From contig OZ360239.1 of the NCBI GenBank assembly GCA_977017645.1, positions 71,672,001-71,736,000 of the forward strand: a stretch of DNA of 64,000 nucleotides, read 5' to 3'. This DNA is from Torpedo marmorata. Lineage: Eukaryota. The notes beneath the pieces are model-generated. The model did no database searches and was not told where the DNA came from. It was given only the letters and a program-made list of their open reading frames with translations. How positions within the stretch are numbered: the stretch's first letter is position 1; each line of letters starts with the position of its first letter. Both the position numbers and the translations under genes were made by a program. Of this stretch, positions 1 through 14,500 are shown one piece after another.

Positions 1-1316
1 CTGCTGATTTTAGGTGGGGTTGTTGCTGCGGGGAAACACCAAGTGAATTTGAGGCAATGTAATTATTGGCATTTACTAAAAAGAATGTGTCACATCTGAT
101 GTGGGAGCTGAGAACATTAAGATGGGCAAAAGATTCCTGCTCAACTATAAGACAAGTCATTTGTTCCAGACTGGAAAAATAATTAAATCATTTTAAACAA
201 TTGATTCAGTGCTTTTTTACAAAATATTGTTATAGTTTGCTGACATTGATAATGTGATTTGCCAACATGACTTCACAAAAGCAACTTGCTAAAGTGCAGG
301 TAATTTGAAATAGAAATGAAAACAAAAATTGATGACTATACTTGTTACTCTGCCTTTTTTTAACCAAAGCCCTTATATTAGCAAAATTGTACAACTACTT
401 CAGAACTTTTAACTGTTAAGAGTCGAAGCGATGATATTATGAGCAATTTGAATCGGGTCATAATGAATATTTTGAGATCAGAATGAACGTTTTCCTTGTA
501 ATTAGCCTTGTCACTTTATACTTTTCTTTTAATGATTCATTAAAAATGTAAGCAGATAAGATGGCTATTGAACATGAACAACAGATTCTTTGCTCAAGTG
601 GAGATAAAATTGAAATTAAATATACCAGACTCGGTTTGCTTCAACAAATGCTCCTGGAATTTTTTTAATATGGAAAACAGGAGGAGCTACTCAAAGCTTT
701 TATTTTGCTATATAAATTATAAAATTGTATTTAATTATAGTCTTGCTACAAAGCTGTAGAGACTTGAAGGAAAGCTTCAACTCCTAAGATGTTTAGTCTT
801 TGCAGCATCAAGTTAACTTGGGAATCTCGCCAAGCAAAATACAGTACAAAGGGTTCTGTGTGCTTTTGAAGCATTTTGATAATTACTTAGAAAATGAGTA
901 TTCTGCTTTTTCTAATTATACATCATTTCATTTTTTTCTATTTCTCTGAAAATGATCTCATTTTTCAATTGAACAGTGCTTACTCTAGGTGTAGTCATAG
1001 CGCTAGGACTATATTGCATGTTTGCATCATTTTTTTAAGCTGCATTTGCCACAAGATTTGGGTGAATTAACAAAAGATTCAGTGGAATGTTTGCAAAGTT
1101 CTTTTTAAATAAACATTATTGATTTTTATCTGGAAAATAATGTATTTTTTTCTCTCTTGAAACAGCTTTTTTTGCTGGTATCTCGTCTTGTTTGAACATT
1201 GCAAGAAGCTACTTGGTCAATCTTGTCTCTGCTGGCTCTCGGCAAGAGCAATCCAGCCACTGCCAATCCCTGCCCTCTCCCCATAGCACTCCAAGTACTT
1301 TCCTTTCAAGCAACTA

Positions 1317-1540
1317 CAGTAAAACCCCCGTTATCTGGAATTCAAGCAACTGGCAGCCCCAAGCAACTGGCAACAAAAAAAAATCGCTGAAAATAAATAG
1401 GTAAAAAATACAGAAGTTTAAAATTGCATGCTTCGCCATTAGTTCACCAATTACACAACACGCAGTCTCATGCAACCGGAAAAATCATTTATCCGGCATC
1501 TACCAATCCCCATAGGTGCCAGGTACCAGGGGTTTTACTG
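1317..1540. mobile_element. Tc1/mariner (pogo/Tigger-like) MITE
   Basis: TIRs CAGTAAAACCCC...GGGGTTTTACTG flanked by TA (1315-16, 1541-42). A related fragment starts at about 56406. Confidence 0.8.
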
Positions 1541-3167
1541 TACCTAGTTGGCTTGAGAACACCAGAATTGAATAGGGCTCCTTCAGACTCAGACAAAGCA
1601 TTCCAAACTGCAACCTCTCGCTACGCAGAAAAGTTTTGAAATTGACACTGTTTTTTGTTCTTTTAACATCCATGTTCTCATTCTTGATCCTTCTATCTGT
1701 GGAAACATGTCTTCTATCTAACCTCTCTAGATGCTTCATGGTTTTAAATATGCTATCAAACTTTTGATCCAAGAAATGCAACTCCAATTTCTGCAGTTTG
1801 TCGACACAACCAAAATCTGTCATCCTTTGAGCTTCTTTTTTTTTTGCTCTCTTTTAGCCCTCTGCATTTTTCTAAAGTGTGGTGCTCTAAATTGGACACT
1901 ACACTGATGCATCGACCAGTGTTATACAAATATTTTACAAAGGAACAGCACAAAATAAACGGCAGGAATTTTCTCCTGGACTCCCAGAAATCTCTGCTAA
2001 ACAGTTGGAAGCAGACTCCAGTAGAAATGATCTTGGTATCCCCATATTATGACCCATTGCTTGGTCTCAATAGGGACTTCTTTGTAGAGTTGCACCCTAC
2101 AACAACCGGGAAGTTGTGGAGGTGGGGGAATCATTCAGGCTTTGGCTGCAGAAGTGGAGCTTAGTGCAAAATCACGTTCGAAATGCTCATACAAGACACC
2201 ATCTGCTGACCTTTGGTAAGGTTTGCGACCCTCCTGTATCGTAGGCTTCAGGAATCTGACATTAATCTCCTACTGCAAGCAACCATTGAGACATATCAAT
2301 GGGGAATTGTCACAATGAATACTCGAGGGTGAATCAGATTTACCTTATCACCTTCTCCGTGATGTGCTGGAGATTGTTGAATTCAATTAAGGCCCCTGGT
2401 GATGACCTGCTGTCAATTACCTCATTGTTATTTACTTGATGTGAATAAATATGTTTAAATAGTGTCACTTCCATAATTTCACTGTTTACCAAATATCCTA
2501 GCAGGTCACTTGGAAAGCCAGATGTGGCAGGCAATTTTAGTATCCTTCTTTCTTCGGCAGTCCCTCAGGATTGAGGATGGCTTGCTTCCACTCCAGTTTT
2601 AGTGGGTTCCCAGGTGGCCGACGAGGCCAGCTTGGGAACCATAGAATTGTACATTAAAACGGCAAAAAGTACACTGGTCATGGCACTGGATTAGTAATCT
2701 AAAGGCTCAGATGGATGGTGCGTGTGCTGATATTTGTAAAAGAGGCCGCAAATTGTTTTTAAATCCTTCATGGATGGGAATCTGCTATCCTTGCATATAG
2801 CCCCTGGTTTACTCTTAATCTCCGTCTGAAGTGGACTTTGCCAGCTACTCCGCTGTCAGCACCTTGTCAGGAAAACAAGGGATAAGCAAACGAAAACGCT
2901 GGCCTTGCCAGTGACTTCAGAGTCTGCAACTGAATAACAAGGTAATAAAACATTTGTCAAGACCACGTGGAATTAAATAAATGTCTGTTTATCTCGTTAT
3001 TTTTTTACTTTGCCTGTGCACATCAGTAGAGAAACTTTAAGGGAGAACAGAGAATTCATGTCTATGTGATTGACTTCAATGCAGTTTGATAAGGAATAAA
3101 ATTCACTTTTGGATTATTGAAAGCAATGGAGAATCAAGAAACCTAGTCTTACATTCTAATGAGGTAA

Positions 3168-3388
3168 AAAGTAAACACGAAAATCTGTAGACACCGTGGT
3201 TGAAGTAAAAAACACAAAAGCTGGAGAACTCAGCAGGTCAAACAGTGTCTTTTATGTAGCAAAGGTAGAAATACATAACCGACGTTTCAGGCCCTAGGGC
3301 TCAAGCCTGAAACGTCGGTTATGTATTTCTACCTTTGCTACATAAAAGACACTGTTTGACCTGCTGAGTTCTCCAGCTTTTGTGTTTT
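3168..3388. mobile_element. Miniature fold-back Penelope-derived insertion
   Basis: Perfect 84-bp inverted arms (3209-3292 and 3305-3388) and a one-sided tail of about 40 nt. 14-bp TSD TTCTAATGAGGTAA (3154-67, 3387-3400). Arms match the termini of the element at 40341-43533. Confidence 0.85.
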
Positions 3389-5679
3389 CTAATGAGGTAA
3401 CACCTGTACAGGAATTGAAGGTTACGACTGATGGAATTAAAAAAATTTCTGCTGTACTGTTGCTATTTCATTGCATCTGGCCTTCAGCTGCGAGGTTTAA
3501 AGTATATTGCAATAAATGAGAGTTGTTGTGACCTAATGCAGGGTCAGTGTAAAAATGCTGCATTTCACATTTTTTTTCCAAGATAGCTCAGCAGCTGAAT
3601 TCTTGAAGTGTAACCTGAAACCTATTTGAAAAGATATTAATCACGGCATATGGTATTTTACTCTCTGTGAGTTAAAACCAAAGTTTTTGCTAGCAAATAT
3701 TCGCTCAAGTGTTATATACTTAACTGAATCAACAGTGTCATTTGCCTGCCCTTTTTAATTACACCAAACACAAAAAAGGGAACTGTAGAACTGGAAGCAT
3801 AAAGACGTGCTAATATCACCTCACTCGTGATCTTAGCGGCAAGGCATGAATTTGTGTGCATTTCACTTGAAATCATTTCTTTGTGATGGAAGGATGTGTT
3901 CAATAATCAGTTCTTGGTCAGTTTCCAGCTGTAACATAACATCTGTAAAATATGCTGCTGAAGCAGAGAAAATCTTTTGAAATCCTGAAACCTTTGTCAC
4001 AGCTTGATTGGCAGTTCTCGAGCAAGATTGCCAATACTTGTAATGAATCTTTAACGCAGCCAGCGAGAAGATTAAATTTGGGTTGATTAAGCACCTTTTA
4101 CATTGAGGGGATTGTAGCATGTTTAACCCAGCCAATTTGCAAAATGTACTTGTAATGAACAGATTACATTCGTGATATTATGCTACGAAGCCAATGAACA
4201 GATTACACTTCCTATAGCTATGTTAAAATTAACATGTTGTATTTGTTCAGATAGCGATTGTTGAAATGCATTTAAAAACCTGCGTCAATATTACTTTTTT
4301 TTTGTCTGGGATGGATTTAAGTGATATCCTTGATATCTCTGGGAAGTATGTTTGAAATAGATACATTTTATAAAAGATAATAGAGGTGCCAAGAAAGTAT
4401 TGTTTTAATTTAGCAAAACTTGGCTATGACGGGTTATTTGATTTTTCAGAGAGGGCAGGGATAGGATATAACCTCATTTCTGAAACAATAAATTTCCCAG
4501 AATGTTGTTGATGCTGCAAATTTTGATTAATTTCTGGCATGAAAATGGTATTTTTTTCCATTTCTACACAAATCTAGTCAGAAGCAATGTGTCCATTTGT
4601 CGAAGCAGCTAGCAGCAGTTTACTGGAAAATACATGAGAGTGACATCAGGGAAAGATCACCCACAGATTGCTGATAGTTTATTTTCCAGTAAGTTAGTAT
4701 AAATGTAATTTGTTGTTTCTTGTAGCCATATCCTCTATTGACCTCATTGGACATTTCCAGCTACTTCGTAGAATGAAACAATGTTGTATTTGTATAGTTC
4801 TTAATGTAATACTGCTTTAAAATAAGGCAGTGCATAATTTTAGATGGACTGACAGCCTTCTCATTGGGACTTGGATATAAATTTGCATTTGCCGGTCCGG
4901 TCATGGAAGTTCCAGTGCAAGTTGCCAAACTGCAAGCTTTCGACAGTCAGTGTTCTGTGTGACACTGAATAACACGCGAGTGAGATGGTAATTTTTTTTT
5001 GGTATAGTTCCACTGTAACTAGGATTTGATGGTTGGGATTAAATAAATAGGAGGGTGGGGTTGAGATTATTTTTCTATTGGAAGAGAACTGATATGTGAG
5101 TGGAAGCCTGTTTTGTTTATTTTTCATTGAAAAATGTAAGAACTAGCAAGAAGCAGTGAATGTAATTGTGTTTAACAAGCCAGGTTGTTCATCTTGCCAA
5201 AATAATTTTGACATTTTCATTATGTCAATGGGACTCTGGGCTGTTTTACTTCTGATTTAGCTGGGATGAAATTCCAGAGGTTTCAGGAGGTCAGCAGAAA
5301 GGGGCATCGGTCTCAAAACAGTAATTCAGCAAAAATACTTTGGCTTCAGAAATTCACTTGAATGAAACTATGGCCACAGTATTTGTGAAAGCAAGTTTTT
5401 TGCTTGATATTAAGAATTGGTTCATGATTTGATTTAACCTTCTATTCCTGAGTTTAAATTAACTTAATTCTGAGCAAATGTTAAATTTGCTATAAGGCTA
5501 GTTTGCAGAATTAAAACCCGCTAAACAAAATGGTCGGTGATGGCATTGATATGAAACTGCCTGGGATAACAAGCAGAGGTCATGGTAAAGAGTTATTTTT
5601 GAGACTGCAGGAAGCTGGACTGTGTTCTTCACCAGGGATCTGTGCTGGAACCATCTCATTTTTTTATATGTTAGTGACT

Positions 5680-5880
5680 TAGACATGGGTGTGCAGGGCA
5701 AGGACTCTGAATGTTGCGGATAATGTAAAGCTTGGAAGTATGGGAAGCATTAAGATAGTTAATAGACTTCAGGGGGGGGGCGTAGCCAGGTGAAGTGGAC
5801 AGACGTGGCAGATGAAATTTAATCCAGAGAATTCCAAAGTGATACATTTTGGCACTGGAACAAGGAAAGATGACATGAAG
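5680..5880 (+). mobile_element. Degenerate CR1 LINE RT fragment
   Basis: WQMKFNPENSKVIHFG resembles the CR1 ORF2 segment WQMEFNTDKCEVLQFG in the element at 57 kb. Confidence 0.6.
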
Positions 5881-5919
5881 CCAAGAATACAGTTCCAAAG
5901 GGGGTGCAAGAAGCTGGAT

Positions 5920-6990
5920 ATTGAATTGTTTATTGTCACTTGTACTGCGATACAGTTTGTTTCGTGTCTACCTCGGCAAGTCAACTCTTATTTAAGTACA
6001 GCAGGTATACAATGATAAAACAAGAAGGCAGGGTGCACTGTTACAGTAAGTCAAAGAATGCAGGGTGTAATGTTACAAAGACGGTAAAGAGATAAAGTAC
6101 ATTTTAAACAGTGCAAAGGCATCAGCTTTTTGCCAATAAGGTACCTGGTGCATTTTGGGGAAACCTGCTAATGACTGATATGATTGTGTGATTGCAAACT
6201 TCAACTGTGAAGTGTTTTCCTTTACACGGAGTGGCGGATGTGAAGGAACAAATGCATCCAGGACTCTGGCTGGTTCTGGGCATGGGAAGTGAGCTTTCCT
6301 TCAAGGGTCTGATTGGGGACCTGGAGAAAATTGGTTAAGTCTGTTTGTCACAGCATACCTGCAACAGTGAAAAGGGTTCTTCTGCGAGCAGTCTAATGGG
6401 TTAACTCTCACGTTCATGAAGCCCGATAAAGTAAAAAGTGAGGACAATTTCAGAGATAGAGTTAAAAAGAAAAAAGATAATTTGGCAGCATGATAGGACT
6501 TTTGTGGGGTTCATTCAAGAGGCCGATGGCTACAGGGAAGAAACTCTTGGTGTACGATTTCATACTCTTGGGTCTTCTGTGAGGGAGGAGGGAGAAGAGA
6601 GTGTTCGGGGTGTGATGAAGTAACCCGAGTAGCTCGGGGTGCGATGGTCTTTCATCCGAGTCCATGGAGCGAAGGCAAGTTTGTGTTATGTTCTGAGCTG
6701 CATTCACTGCCTTCTGTAGCTTCTTCCAACCTTAAGTAGAGCAGCTCCCATACCACGCTGTGATGCATCCAGCAAGTATGCCTTCGATAAAGCACCTGCA
6801 GGAGGTGAGGGACATGGGAGACATGGCAGACTTCCGTAGGCTTCAAAGAAAGTAGACGCATTGATGCACTTTCTTGACTGTCGAATCAATGTGGTTGGTC
6901 CAGGTCAGGTCATTGGAAGTGTTTACGCCTTAAAACTTTAAGCTGTCTCCACTTTCCACTTCAGTGCCATTGATGTGGACAACAGTATGG
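5920..6990 (-). mobile_element. Rex1/Babar-like LINE 3' fragment(s)
   Basis: Broken frames VHINGTEVESGDSLKF and SFFPVAIGLLN. The 3' UTR at 5920-6140 resembles 47360-47600. Confidence 0.6.
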
Positions 6991-7849
6991 AGAGGAGCAT
7001 AAAATCTTGACGAGTAAAAAAAAAAATAGCATGCACAGTATAAATGGGTTGGGTCCAAGATGAGAGGACAGTGACCTAAAGTGATCGGTATAATATTTGG
7101 GGGTGTCATGAGGAAGACCTCTTTTAATGTATAGTGGTGATGTGAGACGCATTTGCTAAATCTGAGAAAGCATGATGGATGCTGACTTTTGGAAGGATAT
7201 TTGCAGGTGTCATTAGGCCCTTTTATAGTGCAAAAAAAGCAATTGTAAAGACAGAACATTTCTGTCTTTAAGTTGCTTCATTTACCTCCATAAAAGATCC
7301 AATGGTGGATTGGCCAGTCGAACTCCGATCCGCCTAGGGGGTTACACACAGAGGTGGAGTGAATCACTCCACCTCCTCCATAAAACGAATGCCGCTGCAA
7401 GCGGGTGCAAAGGGGAGGGATGATGACGTCGCGATGACGCTGTCAGCCCGTGACCCAGGAGCGCGAATTTTAAAAAACCCATATGGTTAATAGAGGCTAT
7501 TACGCTGCGCAGGAGATCTGCCTGAGTCCTCAGACTCCCTGCACAGATCTCAACCAGCGTTTTTACCTGCTCTTCGGTCACCATTTTTGGGTATAGGCCG
7601 CTTTCCCTTCTCGGCGCGTATGTTTGATGTCACGGCGGCGGGCGGCGTTACTGCACCACTCGCCCCGCCTCCCTCAGATCGGGAAGCCGGCTCCCAACGC
7701 AGCTCAGCATAAAGGCAGCTGGATACGCCATATAGGTCGTCACCATAAAAAGTAATTTCACCTTTTTTTTTACTTGAGCCGGCTTTATTGCGATGTTTAA
7801 GCATAAAAAGGGTTATTGTGAAGTGGCTTGAAGGAGCCGCTGCTTGTAG

Positions 7850-8125
7850 CACCAGGCACCGGGGACTCAGTCCTGACCCGAGTTTGCCTCTTCTCCCTCT
7901 GCCTACATGGGTTTCCTTCCATGTCCCACAGATATACGGGTTGGCAGGTTAACACAAATTGTCCGCTGTGCGTCAGTGAGTGGTAGAATATGGAAGTTGT
8001 CAACGAGACATGGGGGGAGGGGGGAATAAAAATAATCTGATTAATGTAGGTTAGTGCAAAAGGGGTTGGCTTCGAACGGGCCCAATGAGCCTGTTTCAAC
8101 ACTGAATCTCTTTATGCCTCTGAAT
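7850..8125 (+). mobile_element. Degenerate tRNA-derived V-SINE/HE1-like SINE
   Basis: Core gagtttgc...ttctccct...tgggtttcc is shared with the other SINE copies. Confidence 0.55.
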
Positions 8126-8499
8126 ATTGGAAAGTAATTCACTGCAGATGTTTTTTTTATTGAGACATGGTGGGAAAGAAAAGTTCGTAAAGTGGTGCCA
8201 CATAGAGTGGTGTGGTGCCAGCATCCTCTTCCTGCCCTAGAACGGTTCCGTGATTCTAAAAAAAACTGATCGCTAATCAGTTACTCAGTGCGTTATTCCC
8301 TTTTTATGAGCGATTTTAACCAGATGCCAAGCCATCTCTTACCTGAAGCAGATTTTCCACAACAGACGTGAATCCTTGAAGTAGCAAAGAATCATCAGCA
8401 AAGATTTCTTTGGTGATGTGAGATAGAGGTTTGACACTAGAGGGCAATTGAGTGCTTTGGTGAGCATGGCACTCTGGACCATTGTTGAAATTCTGCTTA

Positions 8500-8605
8500 T
8501 TCCTTGAGGAAGGGCTCAGGTCCGAAACAGCGGCAATGTATCTTTGCTTTTTATGGACGCTGAAAGACGGGCTGAGTTCCTCCAGCATTTCAGTGTGTTT
8601 TTACA
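8500..8605 (+). mobile_element. Penelope terminal-repeat fragment
   Basis: ttgaggaagggctcaggtccgaaac...gctgagttcctccagcattt motif. Confidence 0.6.
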
Positions 8606-11554
8606 CTGTCGGTACTTCCTCAACTTGGGCTGTTGAAAGGAAATTCAGCCTGACTTTGTGCCTATGGAGACTTTTTACTCTGCTCTTCTTGGACGCAAAG
8701 ACTGCAATACAGCTAGAGAGCAATTACAAGCTCTATTGGAAAAAGGGGAACGTTAACATCCTTTTCCACCTCAGGAAACCCCATAGAATTAAGTTTTGAA
8801 GAGCAACCTATGTTCTAATAAAAGGTGCTGAAAAAAATAATTTACACTCAGCATGCTTTCAGAGAGGGAAGCGCAGTAAACGACCAAGTAATTTTGGTTG
8901 AGTGATGGTTGTTGAACAAGTGTTTGGGCAAAACCACCATGCTCTGAGATCTTCACCAAAGATGCCAAGTGGGTCCTTGGTTTAGTGCTGAAAGACAGCA
9001 CCTCTGGCAATGTGACACTCCACTGGCACTGGAATGTCATGCTGGATCATGTGAATAAAGTTATGGAAAAAGATCATTTATTTCTCTTTCTTTGCCAATT
9101 CTTCTATTATGAGTAGATTTGATCAGGAAGTTAATGTCAATGTTTTGTGAGGGCCACGTGGAGACAGTGGCTGGTTGGTTGTTGTATTGGATGCTGAGGG
9201 TTGTGGGCTGTTTGGAATAAAACAGGTCTTTGACTCCTCCACAGCAACGTAATCATAAATCAGGCCTTTTATTTTAATATGGGAGCCTAATGTGGCCAAT
9301 TATGCTCGAATAGATGAGAAGGATAGTCAAGAAAATCTTCTCTCTCAAAATTGATTCCAGATTCGTTGGTACATGGTGATGTGTTCTGGCCAATATCAGT
9401 AAACTTTAATGATTTGTTGTTCGATAACTATTGATTGGAGCAAGCCACTATCTTTATCTGGGGGCTGCTCATTAGCATTAATTACACTTGCCAACTTTCC
9501 AAGATCGATCAAGCTCTTCAGGACATTAAAAATTAATCTCGAAGACGTGGCTATGCGCCAGCAGGGAGAAAAGTTAAAACAACAGTTGTTTTCTGTGGAA
9601 AAATATTGCCGACGTGATGCTGGTTCATTTGATTGGATAGGAAGGTAGGAGGTCAGAGGTCATGTGATGAATAACGTCCAAGTGGAGAACCTCATCTCTC
9701 TGCTTTTGTTTTATTATGAGGCTAGATTTGCTGTCCTGCCACCAGTATGAGAGCCTCAGCCATGGAGTGCCTCTTTACCGACCTGTGCTCCCTTCTAGCG
9801 CAGCTCCCTACCTGCATCATGACACTGTGAATTACGGTGACAGCTGTCGGAGCAAACATTAGCGCAGTTAGGATACAAATCCCAGGCCCACGAAACATGG
9901 GGCCAGATCTTTGATGTATTAATTCTGATAGGCTGACAAAAGAGGTGACCTTTTAGTCACCTCTGAGACTGCGGGTCACTCATTCAAACTCCCCCCCCCT
10001 TCCCCCTCCCCCTCCTATATTCCCAGTCATCCCGAATCTACTCCCATCCCAAGATTTGACATGCAGTCTTGATTGACACTTAATTGCAGTATTAAGGTAA
10101 CATTTTTTAAGCTGGTGTGTAGGATTCCATGATGCTTCAAAGTGGAGCAGTAAATTCTCCAAATATCCTGATCAACCTCAACAAATTAACTGGTCGCTCA
10201 TCTTTCTCTGTGACGTTACTGGGAGAGTTTGTTTGCTTAAAAATGCTCTTTAAAAATCAAATTGTTGTTGCAAAATGCCCTGTGACAGCCTCAAGTTAAT
10301 TTTCTCCTTGTTAAAAGTTGTTTTTAAATATATTTTTATTTTGGTTTTATTTTTCGTGAAATGAATAAAAGTGTTGCCTATTGCTGTTTTGGCCCATGCC
10401 AAAGAATTTATTCAATCATTGAGTGCCTCTACTTAACCTGCCTACTGGGCTACATTAGCTGCCACTGTATCAACAGCATGAATTCTCATCCTCGTGTTCA
10501 AATCCATCACGGCCTTACTCTCTAACTTCCTTTGCCTTTTCTGCTCTCTTTGAAAATGTGGTTCCCCCAGCTTCGGCCTGCTGCACAAACAACCATCGGC
10601 TATTTTGTTTCAAAAATAAACTTGGTTCATAAAACTATATACAGGAAATACATTACAATCAGCACACGTGTTTATAGTGTCATCAAAACAACAATTCAAA
10701 ATGTACAATGCCATCATGTCGATGCTTCATATTCTTAATGCATCAAAACCACTCATATTTCCTGCTCCATTATTGGTAGCCACGCATTGAGCTTTTGATT
10801 CTTCCTCAAACTTCTTTGTCCGCTGTTCGTCTCTCCTCCTTTAATGTGTTCTGATAAACACTCCTCTTTTGTTCTAATATCTTGTGTGGTTCAGCAAAAG
10901 AACGTCAGAAGGAGGATTGAATAATGTTGGGTAAGATGAATTTTTATCAGATCGTGTTTCTGCCTGGTTCTCTGGAATAACTGACTGTGGTAATTGTGTC
11001 ACGTAAATATGTACAGTATTGTTAATTTGGTGAATTCCGTATCTTGCTAATAATTTTTAAAAAGGTGGAAAATAAAAACTAGGCAGGGTGTAAAATGGAT
11101 AGTTGATTTGCTATTGCCTGCTTGCATTACCATCAAGATCAAATTTCATCCTCTGTGGGAGGTTGGTGATGGTGAGCATGTGACATTTTAGCAGTAATCT
11201 TTATGCCTGAGTCTCATGATCAGTTTGTACATCTTCATGTTGAATCAATTTTGAATTGGATTTTCCTAAACTTAAATCATTAGGTAATCTGCAGGAATCT
11301 TACTATGAAAGGACAGCAGATTACTTCGGGTAGGTCAACACCAGCTGCTTCAGTAGGTTTCAGAAATATGTTAACCTGTTAAATTTTATGAAGGATTTTA
11401 TGGAGTGAATTATTTAATTAAGATCGGTTGTTTTGATATTATGGTGCTAGATTGAAACCTGTGTTCTTAAGAGATTGTTGATTGCTTTTGAGTAAGGACA
11501 TTGCATCAATGCCAAAAATGAACCTTGGAATGTGCACTAGAACTTCACATTTTT

Positions 11555-14500
11555 AAAAATATTTTATTTTCATTTTTAACAAACAACAAAAGAAAATACT
11601 TCAAAAACAGATATCACATTATATAGTAATACAATAAAAGTAACATATATAATAAAAAAAAACAACCAAATTACCCCAAACCTCCCCCCCAAGAAAAAAA
11701 AACGAAACAAAACAAATGGTCGACAATGTTTATATAATTACTAATTTCAAATATATAAAAGAAAAACTCCAAGGCTTCCCGGCAACAGGGCTTATCGCGT
11801 GAAGGAACTCAAAACAAATTAATAGCAAATCTTCTTTGATTTAATTTATCCTGACCCCAAATAATCTAAATAAGGTTGCCAAATTTTATAAAAAATAACC
11901 TGTTTGTTTTTAATGTTATACGTAATTTTCTCCAATGCAATACAACTATTTAGTTCTGAGGTCCATCTATCAATAGACAATGGGGAATCTGACTTCCAAG
12001 TAGTCATTAAACACTTTCTAGCCACACAAAAAGCTATTCCCAAAAATATAATTTGATATCTGGTTAGGGTGTCCTTAATAGTAGTAAAATTTTTCAAAAG
12101 GCATATCTCTGGATCTAAAATTAGAGTAACTCCAATAACTTTAGATAAGATGTCACAGAGATTATGCCAAAATTGTCTCAACTTACAGCACATCCATGTT
12201 GAATGTAAAAAAGAACCAACCTCCGTTCCTCATCTAAAACACATCTCTGATAATTCTGGTTTAAACTTATGTAATTTCTGTGGAGTCAAATATAATTGAT
12301 GAAGAAAATTATAGGAGACCAATCTATAACGTACATTTATAGTAATTAACATACTATTCTGACACAATTCTGACCATAATTCATCATCAATTACTATACC
12401 TAAGTCTGATTCCCATCTTATCCTGGACTTATTATGTCCCAATTTAGGCTCTTGATCTTGTAACAATAAATACATTCTCGAAATAAATTTATATGTATTT
12501 CCTTCTTTTTTAAAAAAATATTTTATTTAAAAATTTAAATCACACATACATAATACATGTTTATAAAATACAAAATTATCAGAATAACATGTGATATATT
12601 TTCACCCTCCCCTCCCTCCATTCCCCCTCCCTAACCCACCCACCCCTACTACTCTAATAATATAGAAAGAAAGAAAAAAAAAGGATAGTAATTAGAGAAT
12701 GTCAATCCAAAAAAACAAACAACTATACATTAATTTTATTGTGGAACACAGGTTCACCAGCCAGACATGATATCGAGAGATCCTCAAATCCTTAAACCCA
12801 CAGTTTTTATATATGGGCTCCATATTTTCAAAAAGAAATGATATTTATTTCGTAAATTATAAGTAATTTTTTCAAGTGGTATACATGAACGAAGTTCTGC
12901 ATGCCATCTTTCTAACCCTAAATCTACATCAGATTTCCATGTAATAGCAATGCATTTCTTTGAAACAGCTAAAGCAATTCGCAAAAATTCTATTTGATAC
13001 ATATTTAATCTAATTTTAATACTAATTCTTTTAATATCTCCAAACAAATATATCATAGGATTCATTGGGAGTGTAATTCTTAATACTTTGTCAAAAAACT
13101 TTTAAACTTTGAGCCAAAAAGCATGTATCCTTGGACAAAGCCACGTAGAATGTACAAAGGAGCCTTCCTCTCTATTACATCTCAAACATAAATCTGATAG
13201 TCTCGAATTAAATTTCTTTAGTTTATCGCTTCTGTTTCTCCCTCCACTTCTTCATATATTTCTTTCTCTCTCCTTTTGTCCTCTGATTCCGTTGATGATG
13301 ACAATTCTTGTCCAGTATCATATTAGAATGATTGAAGGACTCTTCTTTTGCTGTCAACGCTAGTCAACGCTAGTTGACAGCTCCCGTTCTTTTTCGCGCA
13401 TGCGCGTCATTTCGCGCATGCGCAGTCGTTCACTCACCCGTTGTAGTTCTTTAGTCTTCCTTTGAGCTCCAGCGCCATCTTCCCCAGCTCCCCGGGAAGG
13501 TGGTGCTAGTGCTGCAGTTACTTTGACCGTCTTCATCCGCGTCATCCTGGGAGGGAGAGAAACTTGATCCCGCAGCTGGGAGGTAGGCCCAACTTCTTTT
13601 AAAAAAATTTTTTAAATATTTTATTTAAAATTTTTAAATCACAAAATACATAAAATAAAATATAAAATTATCAAAATATTTGTGATACATTTTCACCCCC
13701 CCTCCCACCCTCCCCTCCCCAACCCTCCCAACCCCACTAATCTAATAAAAATAAAAATATAAAATAAAAATAGAAAAAGAAGAAAAAAAAAGAAGAAAGA
13801 AAAAGATAGAGTAAGGAGAATGCCAATCTAAAAAAAAACATACTTCTATAAACTAATTCTATTATGGAGGTCAGGTATGCCAGTAGATCCGATACCCAGA
13901 GATCTTCAAATCCTTAAACCAACAACTTTCATATATGGGCTCCAAATTTTTAAGAAAAAATGATATTTGTTACGTAAATTATAAGTAATTTTTTCAAGTG
14001 GTATACACAAACGAAGTTCTGCATGCCATCTTTTTAATCCTAAATCTAAATCAGATTTCCAAGTAATAGCAATACATTTCTTTGAAACAGCTAAAGCAAT
14101 TCGCAAAAATTCTATTTGATACATGTTTAATTTCATCTTAATACTAAATTTTCTAATATCTCCGAACAAAAATATCATAGGATCCATTGGAAATGTAATC
14201 TTAAATACTTTATCCAAAAAAATTTTAACTTTCAACCAAAAATCATAAACTTTTGGACAAAACCAAGTAGAATATATAAAAGAACCTTCCTCTTTATTAC
14301 ATCTAAAACATAAACCTGATAATGTCGGATTAAATTTCTTTAGTTTTTTAGGTGTTAAATATAATTGATGAAAAAAATTGTATTGTACTAATCTATATCT
14401 AACATTAATAATCTTCGTCATACTTAATTTACATAATTCTTTCCAATGATTTTCATCTATTATTACATTCAAATCTATTTCCCATTTTAATCTTGATTTA

